In this document: one piece after another, positions 51,606 through 64,000 of the stretch | How the letters are laid out: each line of letters starts with the position of its first letter | How positions within the stretch are numbered: the stretch's first letter is position 1 | Origin: Antechinus flavipes | Lineage: Eukaryota | NCBI RefSeq assembly: GCF_016432865.1 | Contig: NC_067399.1 | Coordinates: forward strand, 374,108,001 to 374,172,000 | Length of the DNA: 64,000 bases | Direction: 5' to 3' | Position numbers and translations under genes: made by a program | The notes under the pieces: generated by a model | Databases searched by the model: none | Seen by the model: only the letters and a program-made list of their open reading frames with translations | What the model was told of the DNA's origin: nothing

Positions 51606-52536
51606 AACGGAAACACATTTTGGGTAATATACTTACTATAAAACAAAGAATATTTTCAATTTGTGAGTGTTATCTTAAAAAGTGAGTGAATTTCTACAAC
51701 TAATTTATTAGAAAAAAAGTTTTTCTAATTAACATTATCTAATTCATGTTGAATTTGTATTTAAGATTTTTTCTTTTAATTATTTTGTTTCTATATTTTT
51801 GTGGTTCATGCAGTTTTAAATTTATTGTTATATTTTTCTCTCAAAACAGCATCAATATAAATTTCTACATTTTTATGAAAGATTAACATTTATTACTACT
51901 GTTCATGTGTAGAATTCATTGATTTAAGTGTTTTTTTTGTCCTGTGTGTCAGTTAGAATTGTACTTTTACATTCATTTACTTCCTTTTTTGTTTAGAAAA
52001 ATTTTCAGAAGTCATCTGTTGATTCAACATAATTTGAGCACTCCAGAAGCAAAATAAATATGGTTAAAAAAAAAAAGAAGTGTTTATGTACCAAGTACTT
52101 TACAAATATTATTTCCTTTGATCCTTACAGTAATCCTGAGACATAGATGTTATTCTTATCCACATTTTATAGTAAAGGAAATCGAGTCAGACAGGGATTA
52201 AATGGCTTGCCCAGAGTCACACATCTAGTATGTGTTTTGAGGTCAGATTTCAACACTGGTCTTTCTGACTATAGGTCCAGTTCTTTTTTCTGCTGGAGAT
52301 GAGACCTCTTTTCCAATGCTTGCCAGCTTCTAGCTATATTTTTGTGTAGTTGTCAGCTTGGATAAAGGTACTTCTTATAGTTTCTCTTTATATTTTTTTG
52401 ATCATTATTTGGTCTAGTGTTCTTTTTATAACTTTGCTGGAATATATATGTACCTCAATTTCTCTCTATTCATACAATCTTTATTTGAAATATATTTTAT
52501 ATTTTTCAAAACTTTCTTTGAAAATATAGTAAACTT

Positions 52537-52670
52537 GGGGCAGATAGATGGCAGAGTGAATAGAGGTCAGGAGAAACTGAGTTCAAATCTAGCCTCTGAT
52601 ACTAAATACGTCCTAGCTGTGTGACCCTGGACAAGTCACTTAACCCCAATTGCCACAGGGGGGGAAAAAG
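52537..52670 (+). mobile_element. WSINE1-like SINE
   Basis: GGGGCAGATAGATGGC...GTGTGACCCTGGACAAGTCACTTAACCCCAATTGCC. Confidence 0.75.
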
Positions 52671-53479
52671 TAGGAAACTAATATAAAACTGAGAGCCAGA
52701 AAGGCTAAACTGTAGGCATGGCTCTACTAATGATGGAACATTTGATTTTTAGGAAAGTCCTTTAATTTCTATAGCTCTCAGTTTTTTTCCTGATAAGATA
52801 GGGACAAGATGTTATCATTTTAGAGTTTAGAATGATCTTCAGGGAGAATCTGCTTTAGAGAAACTGATCCAAACTCCACTTTGATGTAAGAGTAAAAAAG
52901 AGGATATCCTCTCATTTTATCCTCTCAAGGAAAAGAGTATCCCTGAGAGGGAAAGGAATGTTTTCCAAGATAACAAAACCTTTTGGTGTCAGTCTGGAAC
53001 TAGAACCAAAATGTTCTATTCTGTTGCCACTTGCAAGGAACAATCTCAAGAATGATCAAACCTGAGAGATGTTCAAACAGCCTTGATGGTGTGGTGGAAA
53101 GGACTAGGCAAGGACTTAGAAGTTATAGAATCAAAGGATTTAGAGATTATAAGGAATCTTGGAGAAAATCAACTTTTCATTTTATTAGCAAGTTGAAACT
53201 CAGAAATTCAGTCAGATAATAAGGAAACAGGCCTGGAAAACAGATCCTTTGGATCCAAATTGGGACTTGCACATCATAAAGATCTTGGGCTGATCTTAAT
53301 CTCATTAGCTGTATGAACATGGGCAGGTTCCTTCTGCTTTATGAGCTATGGTTTTACTCATCTATGACAGAAGACATTTGGATTAGATTATCTTTAAGAG
53401 TTCATTCTTCCTTCCTTCCTTTCTTCTTTTTCTTCCATCTTTTTTCTTTTTCTTTCCTTCCTTTTTTCCTTCTTTGCAA

Positions 53480-53815
53480 GCAAGCAAACAAGCAATAACA
53501 ACAAAAAGGTGCAAATCCAATGCTTTGATCCATATTTACTCTCCATAGTTCTCTCTCTGGATGGGGATGGCATTTTCCACCACAAGTCTATTGGAANNNN
53601 NNNNNNNNNNNNNNNNNNNNNNNNNNNNNNNNNNNNNNNNNNNNNNNNNNNNNNNNNNNNNNNNNNNNNNNNNNNNNNNNNNNNNNNNNNNNNNNNNNNN
53701 NNNNNNNNNNNNNNNNNNNNNNNNNNNNNNNNNNNGAACATCACATAATCTTGTTGTTACTATGCACAATGTTTTCTTGGTTCTAGCTCACTTCATTTAG
53801 CATCAGTTCATGCAA
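53480..53815 (-). mobile_element. L1 3' fragment spanning an N gap
   Basis: TGCTTTGATCCATATTTACTCTCCATAGTTCTCTCTCTGGATGGGGATGGCATT...TTTAGCATCAGTTCATG. Confidence 0.75.
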
Positions 53816-53817
53816 AT

Positions 53818-54306
53818 CTTTTAAGACCTCTATCAGTTTTGACATTCAATACTTGATTCTAAGGTTCCTTCAGTGCTGATGCTCTGGGTCTTGTGTTCTA
53901 GGGTTCCCTCCCCCAGCTCTGATATTCTGTATTCTATGTTCTAAGGCCCTTCCCAGTTCTGTCATCATTCTGTGTTCTATGTTTTAAGTTTTTCTCCATC
54001 TCTGATATTCTGTGTTTTAAGGTTCCTTCAGTTCTGACATTCTACATTCTATGTTCTAAGGCTCCCTCCACTCTGATATTCTGTATTCTATGTTTTAAAG
54101 CCCTCTCCAAATCTGTCATTCTGTTTTCTATGGCTCCTTCAGCCCTAACATTCTACATTTTATGTTCTAAGGTTCCTTCCAGCTCTGATATTCTGTGTTC
54201 TATATTCTAAGGCCCTCTCTAAATCTTTCCTTCTGTGTTCTATGATCTAGGCTTTTTCCAGCTCTGATATTTTGTGATCTATGTTCTAAGATCTCTTTCA
54301 GTCCTC
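53818..54306 (+). repeat. About 39-40-bp tandem array (12 or more units) of the same motif, running into an N gap
   Basis: TTCTAAGG-type units start at about 53857, 53896, 53939, 53982, 54015, 54054, 54093, 54165, 54205, 54246 and 54284. Confidence 0.9.
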
Positions 54307-56599
54307 NNNNNNNNNNNNNNNNNNNNNNNNNNNNNNNNNNNNNNNNNNNNNNNNNNNNNNNNNNNNNNNNNNNNNNNNNNNNNNNNNNNNNNNNNNNNNN
54401 NNNNNNNNNNNNNNNNNNNNNNNNNNNNNNNNNNNNNNNNNNNNNNNNNNNNNNNNNNNNNNNNNCCTTCTGCCTTTGTAGAGTGAAAGGAAAAAAAGAG
54501 GTTCACATAACATTTAAACCACCTATAACCATTAAGTTAATTGTTTTGGTGCTCTCAATCATAGGACCACAGATTAGAGCTAGAAGCCATTTTAGAGAAT
54601 ATCTGGTCTATCTAGTCCTTAAAGTTACCTAGGCTAACTCATAACAAAAAAGAAACCCTCTCTATGTTGGCTTCAACATCTTAATCATACAGATGAAGAA
54701 ACTGAAGTCCAGGAAAGTGATGAATTACTCAAGATCATAAAAGCACTAAAAATCAAAAACAGAATTGAACCCAGGCCCTCTGATGACCAAGGACATAATA
54801 ATAACATAATATTTCTTATCTAATTTAGCTAGGGCATAAAGTTATATGAAAATGCATCATGAGATAAGGTAGGGTGGCAATAAATTGTAGAGGACTTTGG
54901 ATGATCAGGAGTCAATAGGGAGCTGCTGAAAATTTGGGGATGATGTACTATATATTCTATTAATAATGAAGATTATTCAAATATTGGAAGGGATAGGATG
55001 TCTCAATAATACACTTTTTCTGGACAATAGGATGATCAAGACAGAAAGGGGACCATCTAGCATGATGAACTCATATTACAGATGAAAAAACTGATGCTCA
55101 TGTATATTATTTGGAATGCCTCAGGTTTCAAGAATAATAAGTGGCAGAACTGAGGTTTTTTAAATTGAAGGCTATTTGCATTGAATTACATTCTGCTTCC
55201 TTTTTGAGAGGTAGCTTGGATGTGGATTTATAGACCTAGATAATCTTGTTACCTGGGAAATACAAATGAAGAAAGAGTTGTCCACCAGGCTAATGGTTTT
55301 CCCCATTTAAAAAATAACATACCTTTCCTTGCCTGGGTGATAACTCTAATAGTGATAACTGGTCTCTGACATTCCCCAAAGAGATAGGAGCCAGTGTAGA
55401 GGCTGCTTATGCTGAGAATTAGGTTCCATGAAGAGGACCTGAGCAGCTTATAAGAGGCATGCTTGAAAATTTCTAACATTGCCCTATCTGGGCCCAAATT
55501 TGATTTTCTGCTTAATGATACTTTAAGCAATTCCAAGCCTTAGTCTGAATTTTCCCTTTTTTGTTATTTTGTTGCTTTTCCCTTAACTGGTTCCAATTTC
55601 TCCACATCTGTCAGAAAACAAGACCAGAGTGAATACCACACTGTTAAGAAAAAAAAAAGTACTTTACTGGTTCCAGAGTCAGTAAGTAGAAATATTTATT
55701 CTTCAATATTTCAAGTCTTCATCCTGGGTAATACACACAAGTGTTAGATTTCTTTTTAACAAAATCAATAACAGTACCATATTGGAGGCTCATTCCGAAC
55801 TTGTGGTCTAGTCTGATGCCACTGTCTTTTTTTGATCTATTTGTGCCTGGCCATCTCTCATTTGGGCATGGGACAAAATTGAGTTCAAGTCTTGGTGTGA
55901 CTCTGCAGTGTGACTGTAGGCAAAGTCCCTTTATCTTTCTGCCACAAACTCCTCCTCTACTTAGATTAAATCACCTCTCAATTCCTTACTGACATTCTCT
56001 AGATCATTTCCCTTCTCAGACTTGTTTTTATAGCTACAAATCATAGAGTTGGATTAGACATTTTCTAGATGCTTTCCCGTGCTAATATTCTAAGTTTTAT
56101 TATGTTTTCATTCCTTTTGGACTTTAAATAATTTGGTAAAATTTTACTTAGTGCCTTCTTTTTCAAACAATCTGCTCTGGGCTTTGGGGATCGAAAGATT
56201 AAAGACATTATCCTTTCTGCCTTTCAGGAGGTCATAAGGCATTGGGGATTAGGGGTGGGTTCAGCATGTAAACCAATAGGTATGATCCAAGACAGAATAT
56301 GGGGGGTGTGGCTGGGGAGAGTGTTGATGTGCAGAAGAAAGACTCAAAGTGCTCTGGCCATATTAGAAGAAGTAGGGTCAGAGTGGACTTCACAAAGGAC
56401 AAGGTGACACTTGAATTTGACTTTGAAAAAGAAAGGGATCAAGAGTTTGTTATATGTTAAAGTGAATCTACTCTGAAATTTACAAAGCTCAGTAGTAATG
56501 TTATCTTATTTGAGCCTCACAACAATCTTGAGAGGTAGGTACTATTATTATCCCTGTTTTGTTGAAAGTGCTTCATTATTGGCCAGGTGTCTCTCCTTC

Positions 56600-57000
56600 C
56601 CTGCAACTTTCTAGTCTTCTTCCACCTTAATCCTGCCACATACTCTTCAGGGATCTTTTTCTGTTCATCCAATAAGACTTTCCTCCATATCCAGACACTC
56701 AGCATTTTCATTGGCTGTCCTTCCCCACCTTCCATGCCTGGAATACTCTCCCTCTTCATCTATGCTTCCTGTTTTCCTTTAAGTCTCAGCTAAAATCTCA
56801 GCTTTTTTCATCCATTTTCCTTCTGTGATCATTTTCATTTTTATCTAGATGGTACATGACTTGTTTGTACATAGTTATTGGTATGTTAATTCTCTCAATT
56901 AGACTGTGAGATCCATAAGAGCAAGGACTGACTTTTACCTTTCTTTGTATTTCCAGTTTAGAGCAGTGCCTGGAATAGAGGAAGTATCTGTACATGTACT
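56600..57000 (+). mobile_element. L2 3' fragment
   Basis: CATGCCTGGAATACTCTCCC...AGACTGTGAGATCCATAAGAGCAAGGAC...AGCAGTGCCTGG. Confidence 0.7.
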
Positions 57001-58614
57001 TAGACTAGACTGACTGAGATGGGGAAATAGGCTGAGACGTTAAGCATCTGAGGTGGGATTTGAATTTGGATCTTCCTGGCTTCAAGCACTCTTACAAGTT
57101 GCATAAGAGACACAATGTGCAGATGAGCAGAGGTGGGATTGAGACTCACAGTTTCTCCAATGTGCCTAGATCACTCTGAAATTTTTTCCAAGTATTTTTT
57201 TTTTAACTTCACCTTATCACGAAGCTCTGCAAAAAAGCTTTCAATTCTAGCCAAAACATGGAGTCTTGCCAGAACCAAGATATTGTTCCTTGTAAAATAT
57301 CACTTGCTGTGTGCCTTGGAATCTCTCCTATGACATTGTGTTGGGCAGTGGTTGTGTTTGGACTCCTTGTATGGGCAAGTAATATCAGCCTACTCTCTTT
57401 GTGGGGGCTATTGTGTAGGACAGAAGCAAATTTTGATCCAGCAGGAGAAAAATGAAAGATTCCTGAGATTTAAGTATAATGTGTTTGTCTATTACTGTGT
57501 ATGTGGTGGGTTTCTGTATGTGCGCAGCTATGTTGTTCAAGAACGTTTACACAACATCCAAGTTTGATAATTTCTCGGAATGTTAACAACACTGTAGCAT
57601 CTTTGAAAACTTGGACCTTTTAAAGTTCCAGCCCCACCCTTCCCAGTGTTTATGGGCCCATCTGAGCTATGTTTTCTTCCCCTAACTTGTTTCCTTTAAA
57701 AAAAAAAAAAACCCAACAAAAACAATAAAAACATGTGGAAGTCAGCTAGGTTAGGAGGCTCCGTCCCTATCTCTCTTCCTGGCATTGAGTACAGCCTTTT
57801 TCTTCCACTAATCCTGTCTTCTCCTCTCTAATCTTATCCTATTTTCTTCTCTGTCCAGCCCCCTTACCTCTCTGCAATCCCCTAAAGCTGCACAGGCTAT
57901 GAGCCCCAGGAGGACATGAGAAGACTCGGATACACAATTTGCTCTTCTCCCTTGGCCTTGGGCCCTGGGTCCTGGCCCAGCTCAATCTCCACAGCTTTGG
58001 CTGACTCCAAATGCACTTTGCTACCACAACCCTTGATATAGAACCAGTGAAAGCCAAAAAAGCAATTTTATTTTTAGACTATCTACTCCACATCCCTAGA
58101 GGAATATATATGCACTTGTATTTATTAGAAGACTCAGCCCATAGGAAATTTTAAAAGATTTTTTCTCTTTTTAAAAAAAATTATTATTATTTTTCCCATA
58201 GGAAATTTACAATGTAAGCAAGGAAGGACATTTTGGGGGGTTGTTGAAAGACAAAAACAGCCATTTCTTCAAAAGGTTTTTTTCTGAAATTTTCAGATTG
58301 ATTGACCTCTTTGCTTGCTCCCATCTGTCCCCATCATACACTATTACCCCTAAACATCCCCTGAGTATGTAGCTCCCTCTTCACCCCTTTAAGAGTCTTT
58401 GAGTCATTGGTGTTAGTCCTTTCTCCATCTACTAAAATACCAACCCATACACAAATGGGTAAGGCTAAGAAAAATCAATCTTCTAGTAATCAATTTTCTT
58501 TCTAGTGCCAAGCCTCTCTATACTTACCTTGGTTAGTTCTTGGAAAACAGATGCCCAATCTGCCATGGAACTGGAGCCTTTCAAGCTTCATAGGTTTGTC
58601 AGAAATTGAGTTCG

Positions 58615-58850
58615 GAAAGTTCTTTTGCCCTGGGCAGATCACATCTAGAGAATTGTGTTCAGTTCTGGGAGCCCCAATTTAGGAAGGATTATTGATGAGC
58701 TAGAAAATGGCTACCAGAAAGATAAAGAGCCCAGATTTCATGTCCTATGGGATCCATGAAAGTAACAGGATATTTAGCCTAGAAAAGAGAGGGCTCAAGG
58801 GGGTATGAATGTATTTGAAAGAATTTCAAGTATTTGAAAGTTATCCATAT
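58615..58850 (+). mobile_element. CR1/L3 3' fragment
   Basis: CAGATCACATCTAGAGAATTGTGTTCAGTTCTGGG...TTTAGCCTAGAAAAGAGA. Confidence 0.7.
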
Positions 58851-61343
58851 GGAAAATGCTTTTTATAATATAATATAACAATAAAAAATATTTTTAAAAA
58901 AGAAAAAAAGAAAAGGAATCCAATCTGTTTTGTTTGACCAAAAAAGGAAGCACCAGGAGCAGTTGGTATAAATTGCAAAAAGGTAAGGGGCAGGGAATAC
59001 TGGACTATGCCTAGAATCAGGAAGTCCTATGCTTTCTGGCCATGTGATCCTGGGCAACTCACCTCACCTCGTCTGCCTCAGTTTCTTCATCTGTAAAACT
59101 GATGTTAATAATAGCACCCATCTCATAGGGTTGTTTGTTGTGAAGTTCAAATGAGATAATATTTGTAAAAGATTTTGTAAATTTTAAAGTGTATAGAAAT
59201 GTTAGTTGTTGTTGTTGCTATTATTATAAGGGAAAACTTCCTTATCATTGGGACTATCCAAAAGAGGAATGGGTTTTCTGTTACTCTAAAGCTTCAAACA
59301 GAGGTGGGATGGCCACTTGGCATTGTAATTCAGACTCATTTTCAGGCATGGATTGGGCTAAATGATCTCTTAGATTCCTTTTAGTTCTAAAATTCTCTGA
59401 TTCTGAAGGTTCCTCTGACTCAGTCTTTGCAGAGCCAGGATCATCATTATGCTAGAGGCATCAAGTCTGGACACCAGTGGTGTCTAAGACCTCATGCCAT
59501 AATTTTGGTTTCTATACCAACAAAATCACAAATTGAACAAAAGAAATAAACAAAGCCATATTTGAGAGGTAGCAATGAAATGGTATATGTTGTCTTAATT
59601 TTATAAATAGGAAAATTGAGGACACGTCATTAATTATCCTAGTTGGTTGATCATAGAGGTAGGAGGAGAAATTTGAGGGGATTTAGCTCAAGGAGCTCTT
59701 ATTTCTGACATTTATCAATTGTGTGGCTTTAGGCAAAGCATGCTCCCCTTCTATCAGTGTCCTCTTCTATAAATTTAGAATAATTATCCATATCACTCTT
59801 CTCACTGGCTAATAATGAAGCAAACTACTTTTATAAAGGCAGCTTTCATAACTGTAACTTACCACAACACCCTTCTCTTTGGAAATGTGATTTCTGATTT
59901 CATAATCTCTGCATTTCTAGGGTAGAGAGAATTAAAATTTTAATTTAAAAATATATTTTGGGGCCTTTTGATCACTGGAGAATAAATGGACTTTTATATA
60001 GCAATAATTATATGACATTCCTTGCCTCAGCAGGATTTGAAAAAAAAGGTTTATGGGTTGTTGTTTTTTTCTTAAAAAGAATATCATTTATTCATTCAAT
60101 CCTCATTCACTCAGAACCTTATATATGTCTAGCCCTGCTCTATATACCAAGGGAGATTCAAAGTTGTTCTCAAGCAGAGTAAAGTCTAGCACCTGAGATA
60201 AAACAAACTAAAACAGAATGAAGATCACTATTTACTACCTATGTGAAAGAACCAGTTACTTCATTTTTCTGGGACTCAATTTATTCATTACGAAATCAAA
60301 GATTTAGTTCCTTCCAAGTCTAAATTCAGTTTAATCAGTGTGTAGATAAATATAACAGCAACAATAATAATTAGTACTTAAAAGTTTGTAAAGTGCTTTG
60401 GGCATGTTATTTCATTTGATTTTCAAATGCTATTTTTTATCTGATTTTACAGATGATGAAACTGAGGCAGATTGCGATTCAGTGACTAGACAAGGGTCAC
60501 TCTGCTAATGTTTGAAGCAAAATTTAAATTTGGGACCTCTCCACTCCGCTCTAGAATTCTTTCCCTTGTGCTACCTAGCTTCTAGCATTTATGTTTCTCA
60601 AGTTATTAAAGTCTAAAGTAGCATTAAGACTTTTGGGATACCCTGTTTTAGATAAACTAGTTATATTACAGATGAGGAAGAATGTAAGGCAGTGCACGTC
60701 ACATTAATAATAATAATGACAGCACTTACATAGCATATTAAGGTTTTCAAGGGCAAATAGATGGCACAGTAGTTGGGGCACAAGACTGGAAGACCTGAGT
60801 TCAAATGTGATCTCAGACACTTATTAGCTCTGTAACCCTATTTGCCTTCATTTCCTTGTCTATAAAATGAGCTGGAGGAGGAAATAGCAAACCACTGCAG
60901 TATCTTTGCCAAGAAAAACCCAAATGAGGTCATAAAGAGTTTGAAACAACTTCATAACAACAAGATTTGCTAATCTTGTTTATCATCTCATTTGGTCCTA
61001 TCATTGATAGGTAATAATTATAACCTACTGGTAAGCACAGAGAGAAGGTATCATAGAGGCTATAGCTTGACCATAAATAGATCTATGATCAGCCAACTAG
61101 AGAATGGGAAGATAGGCCATATTTTCTCCATCTCTCAGCTTTCTATTCATTACTTCCAGAGCACAATATTTCTATTGTGCTCTCTCCTTCTGGTGGACTC
61201 CCCTATGGCTAATTCCCTTAGGAAAATTGCAGTCTTACCCAATTTAGACACCTGCAGCAACCCATCAGGTGAAATTCCTTGCCTCCCTTACCTTTCCTCT
61301 CCCTCTACTTCCCCTTCCCCGCTCCCATTCCCTCTTCAACCAG

Positions 61344-61373
61344 TCACAAGTTCAGAGCTAGGGGCACCGGCTG
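61344..61373 (+). CDS. Candidate 30-nt frame-preserving microexon (xTSSELGAPAx) of an unidentified host gene
   Basis: An upstream polypyrimidine tract of about 60 nt ending CAACCAG, donor CTG/GTGAGT, and an open phase-1 symmetric frame. No transcript evidence available. Confidence 0.35.
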
Positions 61374-61419
61374 GTGAGTAAACCTCTTTAATATCACCCC
61401 TTCCCCCAATCAACCTTCC

Positions 61420-61850
61420 CTTATTCATCTTGATGAGTAGACCTTTTCCCCCAAACTCTCCCTTCTTTCAAATCTCCTAGTTCTGTTGAGGAGATTGCCA
61501 TCCTTCTAATTATCCAGTCTTGTAATTTTGCCAATATCCTAGATGCTTCATTCTCCCTTAGTCCACATATAAAATCAGTTTCCAAATCTTGCAATTTTTA
61601 CCTTCACAACATCTCTTGTATATGCTCTCTGACCACTCACTCAGCCATCAGCAGGTTCTCATCACCTCTAGACATTCAACTTCTCAATTAATCTCTGCCT
61701 CAAATCTCTGTTCTCATTTCAATTCATTCTCTACTCAGCTGCCAGTAATTTTCTTAAAACTCAGATTTGATCATGTCACTTACTTGTACAGTAAACTTCA
61801 GTGACCCTTTATTACCTTCAGAAGTAAATATCATTTTACCTTTGTTTCAT
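61420..61850 (+). mobile_element. L2 fragment
   Basis: TTCCCCCAAACTCTCCCTTC...GATTTGATCATGTCAC...GTGACCCTTTATTACCTTCAG, sense L2. Confidence 0.7.
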
Positions 61851-62649
61851 CCTTTTAAAACTTCTTTTTTGCATGCAAATTTTAAAGGATACATAATTTT
61901 TGGTATATTAGATGTATATAATTTAAAAATAAGTATATATGAGGATATGTGTTCAGTTTTTAAAAATTAATGTCATAAAAGTGTGCAAGAATTTGATTTT
62001 AAAGGCTGTCATAGAAGAGTTAGGGTTGTTTTATCTGGTTTGGAGGGCAAAACCAGGAGTAGGGGAGAAAAGTTGAAGAGAGAGATTTTTGTTTCATATA
62101 AGAAAAAGATTTCTAACAGCAAGAATTGTCCAACAGCAGAATGGACTGCTTCCATAAGTTAAGAATTCATTGTCACCACCAGTGTTAAAGTAAAACATTT
62201 CCCAATCTTCCTTGATCTTAATGCCTCCTCTCTCAGATTACCCCAATTTATCCTGTCTATACCTTGTTTGCATATAATTTTTTTTTTACACATTGTGCTA
62301 TTTTTGCCTTACTTTGTATTCCTAGCACTGATTACAAGGCTTGGTACATTGTAGGACTTATTAATTGCCTATTGACTTGACCTGACCTTAAGGTATTAGA
62401 GGAAAATCTGAATGATTACTATCTGACAGTAGATTCTTGCCTAAGTGGTAGATTCAAATTCAAACTGAGAAAACATTTGTTAAGTGTCATCTGTCTGCAG
62501 AATACTGTGACATGCTAAGGGACATGCAAAGTTTTAATTGCCTTTATGCAACTCATAGCATTATAGGGTGTGTATCATATATGCAGAATCCTGGAATTTT
62601 AGAATTCAAGGGGAACTCGGAAGCCATCTAGTGTAATTTGGCTTTAAAA

Positions 62650-63080
62650 AAGAATCCTCATTGTCAAAAGATTATCTAAGACTATCAAGAATGGGAATCC
62701 ATAACTATTGCTGGTCATGTATATATGGGACTTGGTTTTTTCCTTCTGTCTCTGATCTCCCTGCAGGACGTGCCTAGCTGCAGAATTGTGGGTCAAAAAG
62801 TATTCAATAATTTTTCTCATATAATTCTAAGTTGCTTTCCAGACTCATTGGACTAGTTTACCTCTCTACCAACAGTCTTTTAGTGTGTGACTTTCAGCAG
62901 TCCCTGCAAATATCTTTCCAAATCTGCTATTTTATGGACTATTTCCATTTTATTTGCTCATCTTTGCCAATTACTTTGAATTTTTTTAATTATCAGCAAT
63001 TTGGAATAGTATTATATGGTTGGCAATAGATTGATTTATCCTTTGGAAAACTGTATTTTTTCTCTAGAGGTAGGTAGGAA
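62650..63080 (-). mobile_element. Old L1 ORF2-end fragment
   Basis: GCAGAATTGTGGGTCAAAAAGTAT...TTGCTTTCCAGA...CTACCAACAG resembles the antisense L1 ORF2 terminus. Confidence 0.6.
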
Positions 63081-64000
63081 ATAGGGAATGTAAAAATTTC
63101 TTAATGCAAAATATGTCCTGCCTCAGTCTCTCCCTTTTGTTAGAAAGTAAACTTCATGAGGGCAGGGATTGTTTCATTCTTTGTTATTATATCCCCAGTG
63201 TCCAGCATAGTATATGGCACATAGTTGGTACTTAATAAATATATGTTGATTGATAGCTTTATTTTGGAGGTGGAGTCAGGAAGACTTAAAATCAAATCCT
63301 GCTCATATTGCTGGGTGAATCTGGGAAAACCTCTTCTATCTGTAAAATGAGGTTTCTTCCCCTTCTAAATCTATGATCCTATCATATGTCTGATTAATTT
63401 TCTAATGTTTTGTTTTGATCACATTCCTTGCTTACTGAAAAACCTTCAGTGGCCCTTCATTGTATTCCAAAAATAGCTTAAAGCCTTGATTCTAATCAGT
63501 TATAGAAATAAAAGGGTGGGTGAGTTATAAGAAAGAAATAAACCTTATTAGGCATCTACTATGTGCTGATCACTGTGCTAAGTGTCTCATTTGATTCTCA
63601 CAACTATTCTGGGAGATAGACAATATTGTTATTCTCATTTTGCAGTTGAGGAAACTTAGGCAGATAGCTGTTAAATGACTTGCTCATGATCACACAGCTA
63701 GTAAGCATTTCCAGTGCTCTATCCATTGCACCACCTAACTGCCTCAGTTATGTATATAGTATAATACCTCTGGACTTGGAGTCAGAGAACCTGAATTTGA
63801 ATCCCATCTAGGTCTTCTGGGTCATTTGACCCTTTTGAGGTTAAAAATCCCTGCCCAGTAGACTTCACACGATCATTTGTTGTTGTTGTTCTGCCACTTT
63901 CAGTTATGCTTGACTCTTAGTAACCCCATTTGGGATTTTCTTGGCAGATACTGGAATGATTTGCCATTTCCTTTTCCAGGTCATTTTACAGATGGGAAAT

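Noticed and set aside
57859-58050. Plus-strand exon after a strong acceptor at 57858
   Set aside because: All three frames close quickly, with no clear donor or homology.
58500-58620. Minus-strand exon candidate (MADWASVFQELTK before AAG/GTAAGT)
   Set aside because: Good donor but no convincing acceptor or recognisable protein. Similar isolated minus-strand donors at about 18170 and 55320 are expected by chance.

Overview
AT-rich, CpG-poor marsupial genomic DNA, probably an Australian/dasyurid species (inferred from WSINE1-like and Mar1-like CORE-SINEs and marsupial L1 3' ends). It contains five N gaps and no recognisable host protein-coding gene; it reads as intronic or intergenic sequence built mainly from L1/HAL1, L2, CR1/L3, SINE, LTR and DNA-transposon remnants. 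The outstanding feature is a full-length 1,958-bp pogo-superfamily DNA transposon (Tc2/Passer/POGK-like) at 30037-31994. It has perfect 23-bp TIRs, a TA duplication, 18-bp-periodic subterminal repeats, a candidate spliced 5' UTR, and a roughly 431-aa transposase broken by a single frameshift, so it is a young, possibly horizontally acquired element. Other points of interest: two related solo LTRs that share a GGT junction context, two arrays of a SINE-tail-like ~40-bp unit (one with higher-order structure), a locally duplicated L2-like segment inserted into two different SINEs, ORF1-only L1-like (HAL1) elements, and a candidate 30-nt frame-preserving microexon. Family names come from recall of consensus sequences, not database searches. 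Boundaries of old repeats are approximate.
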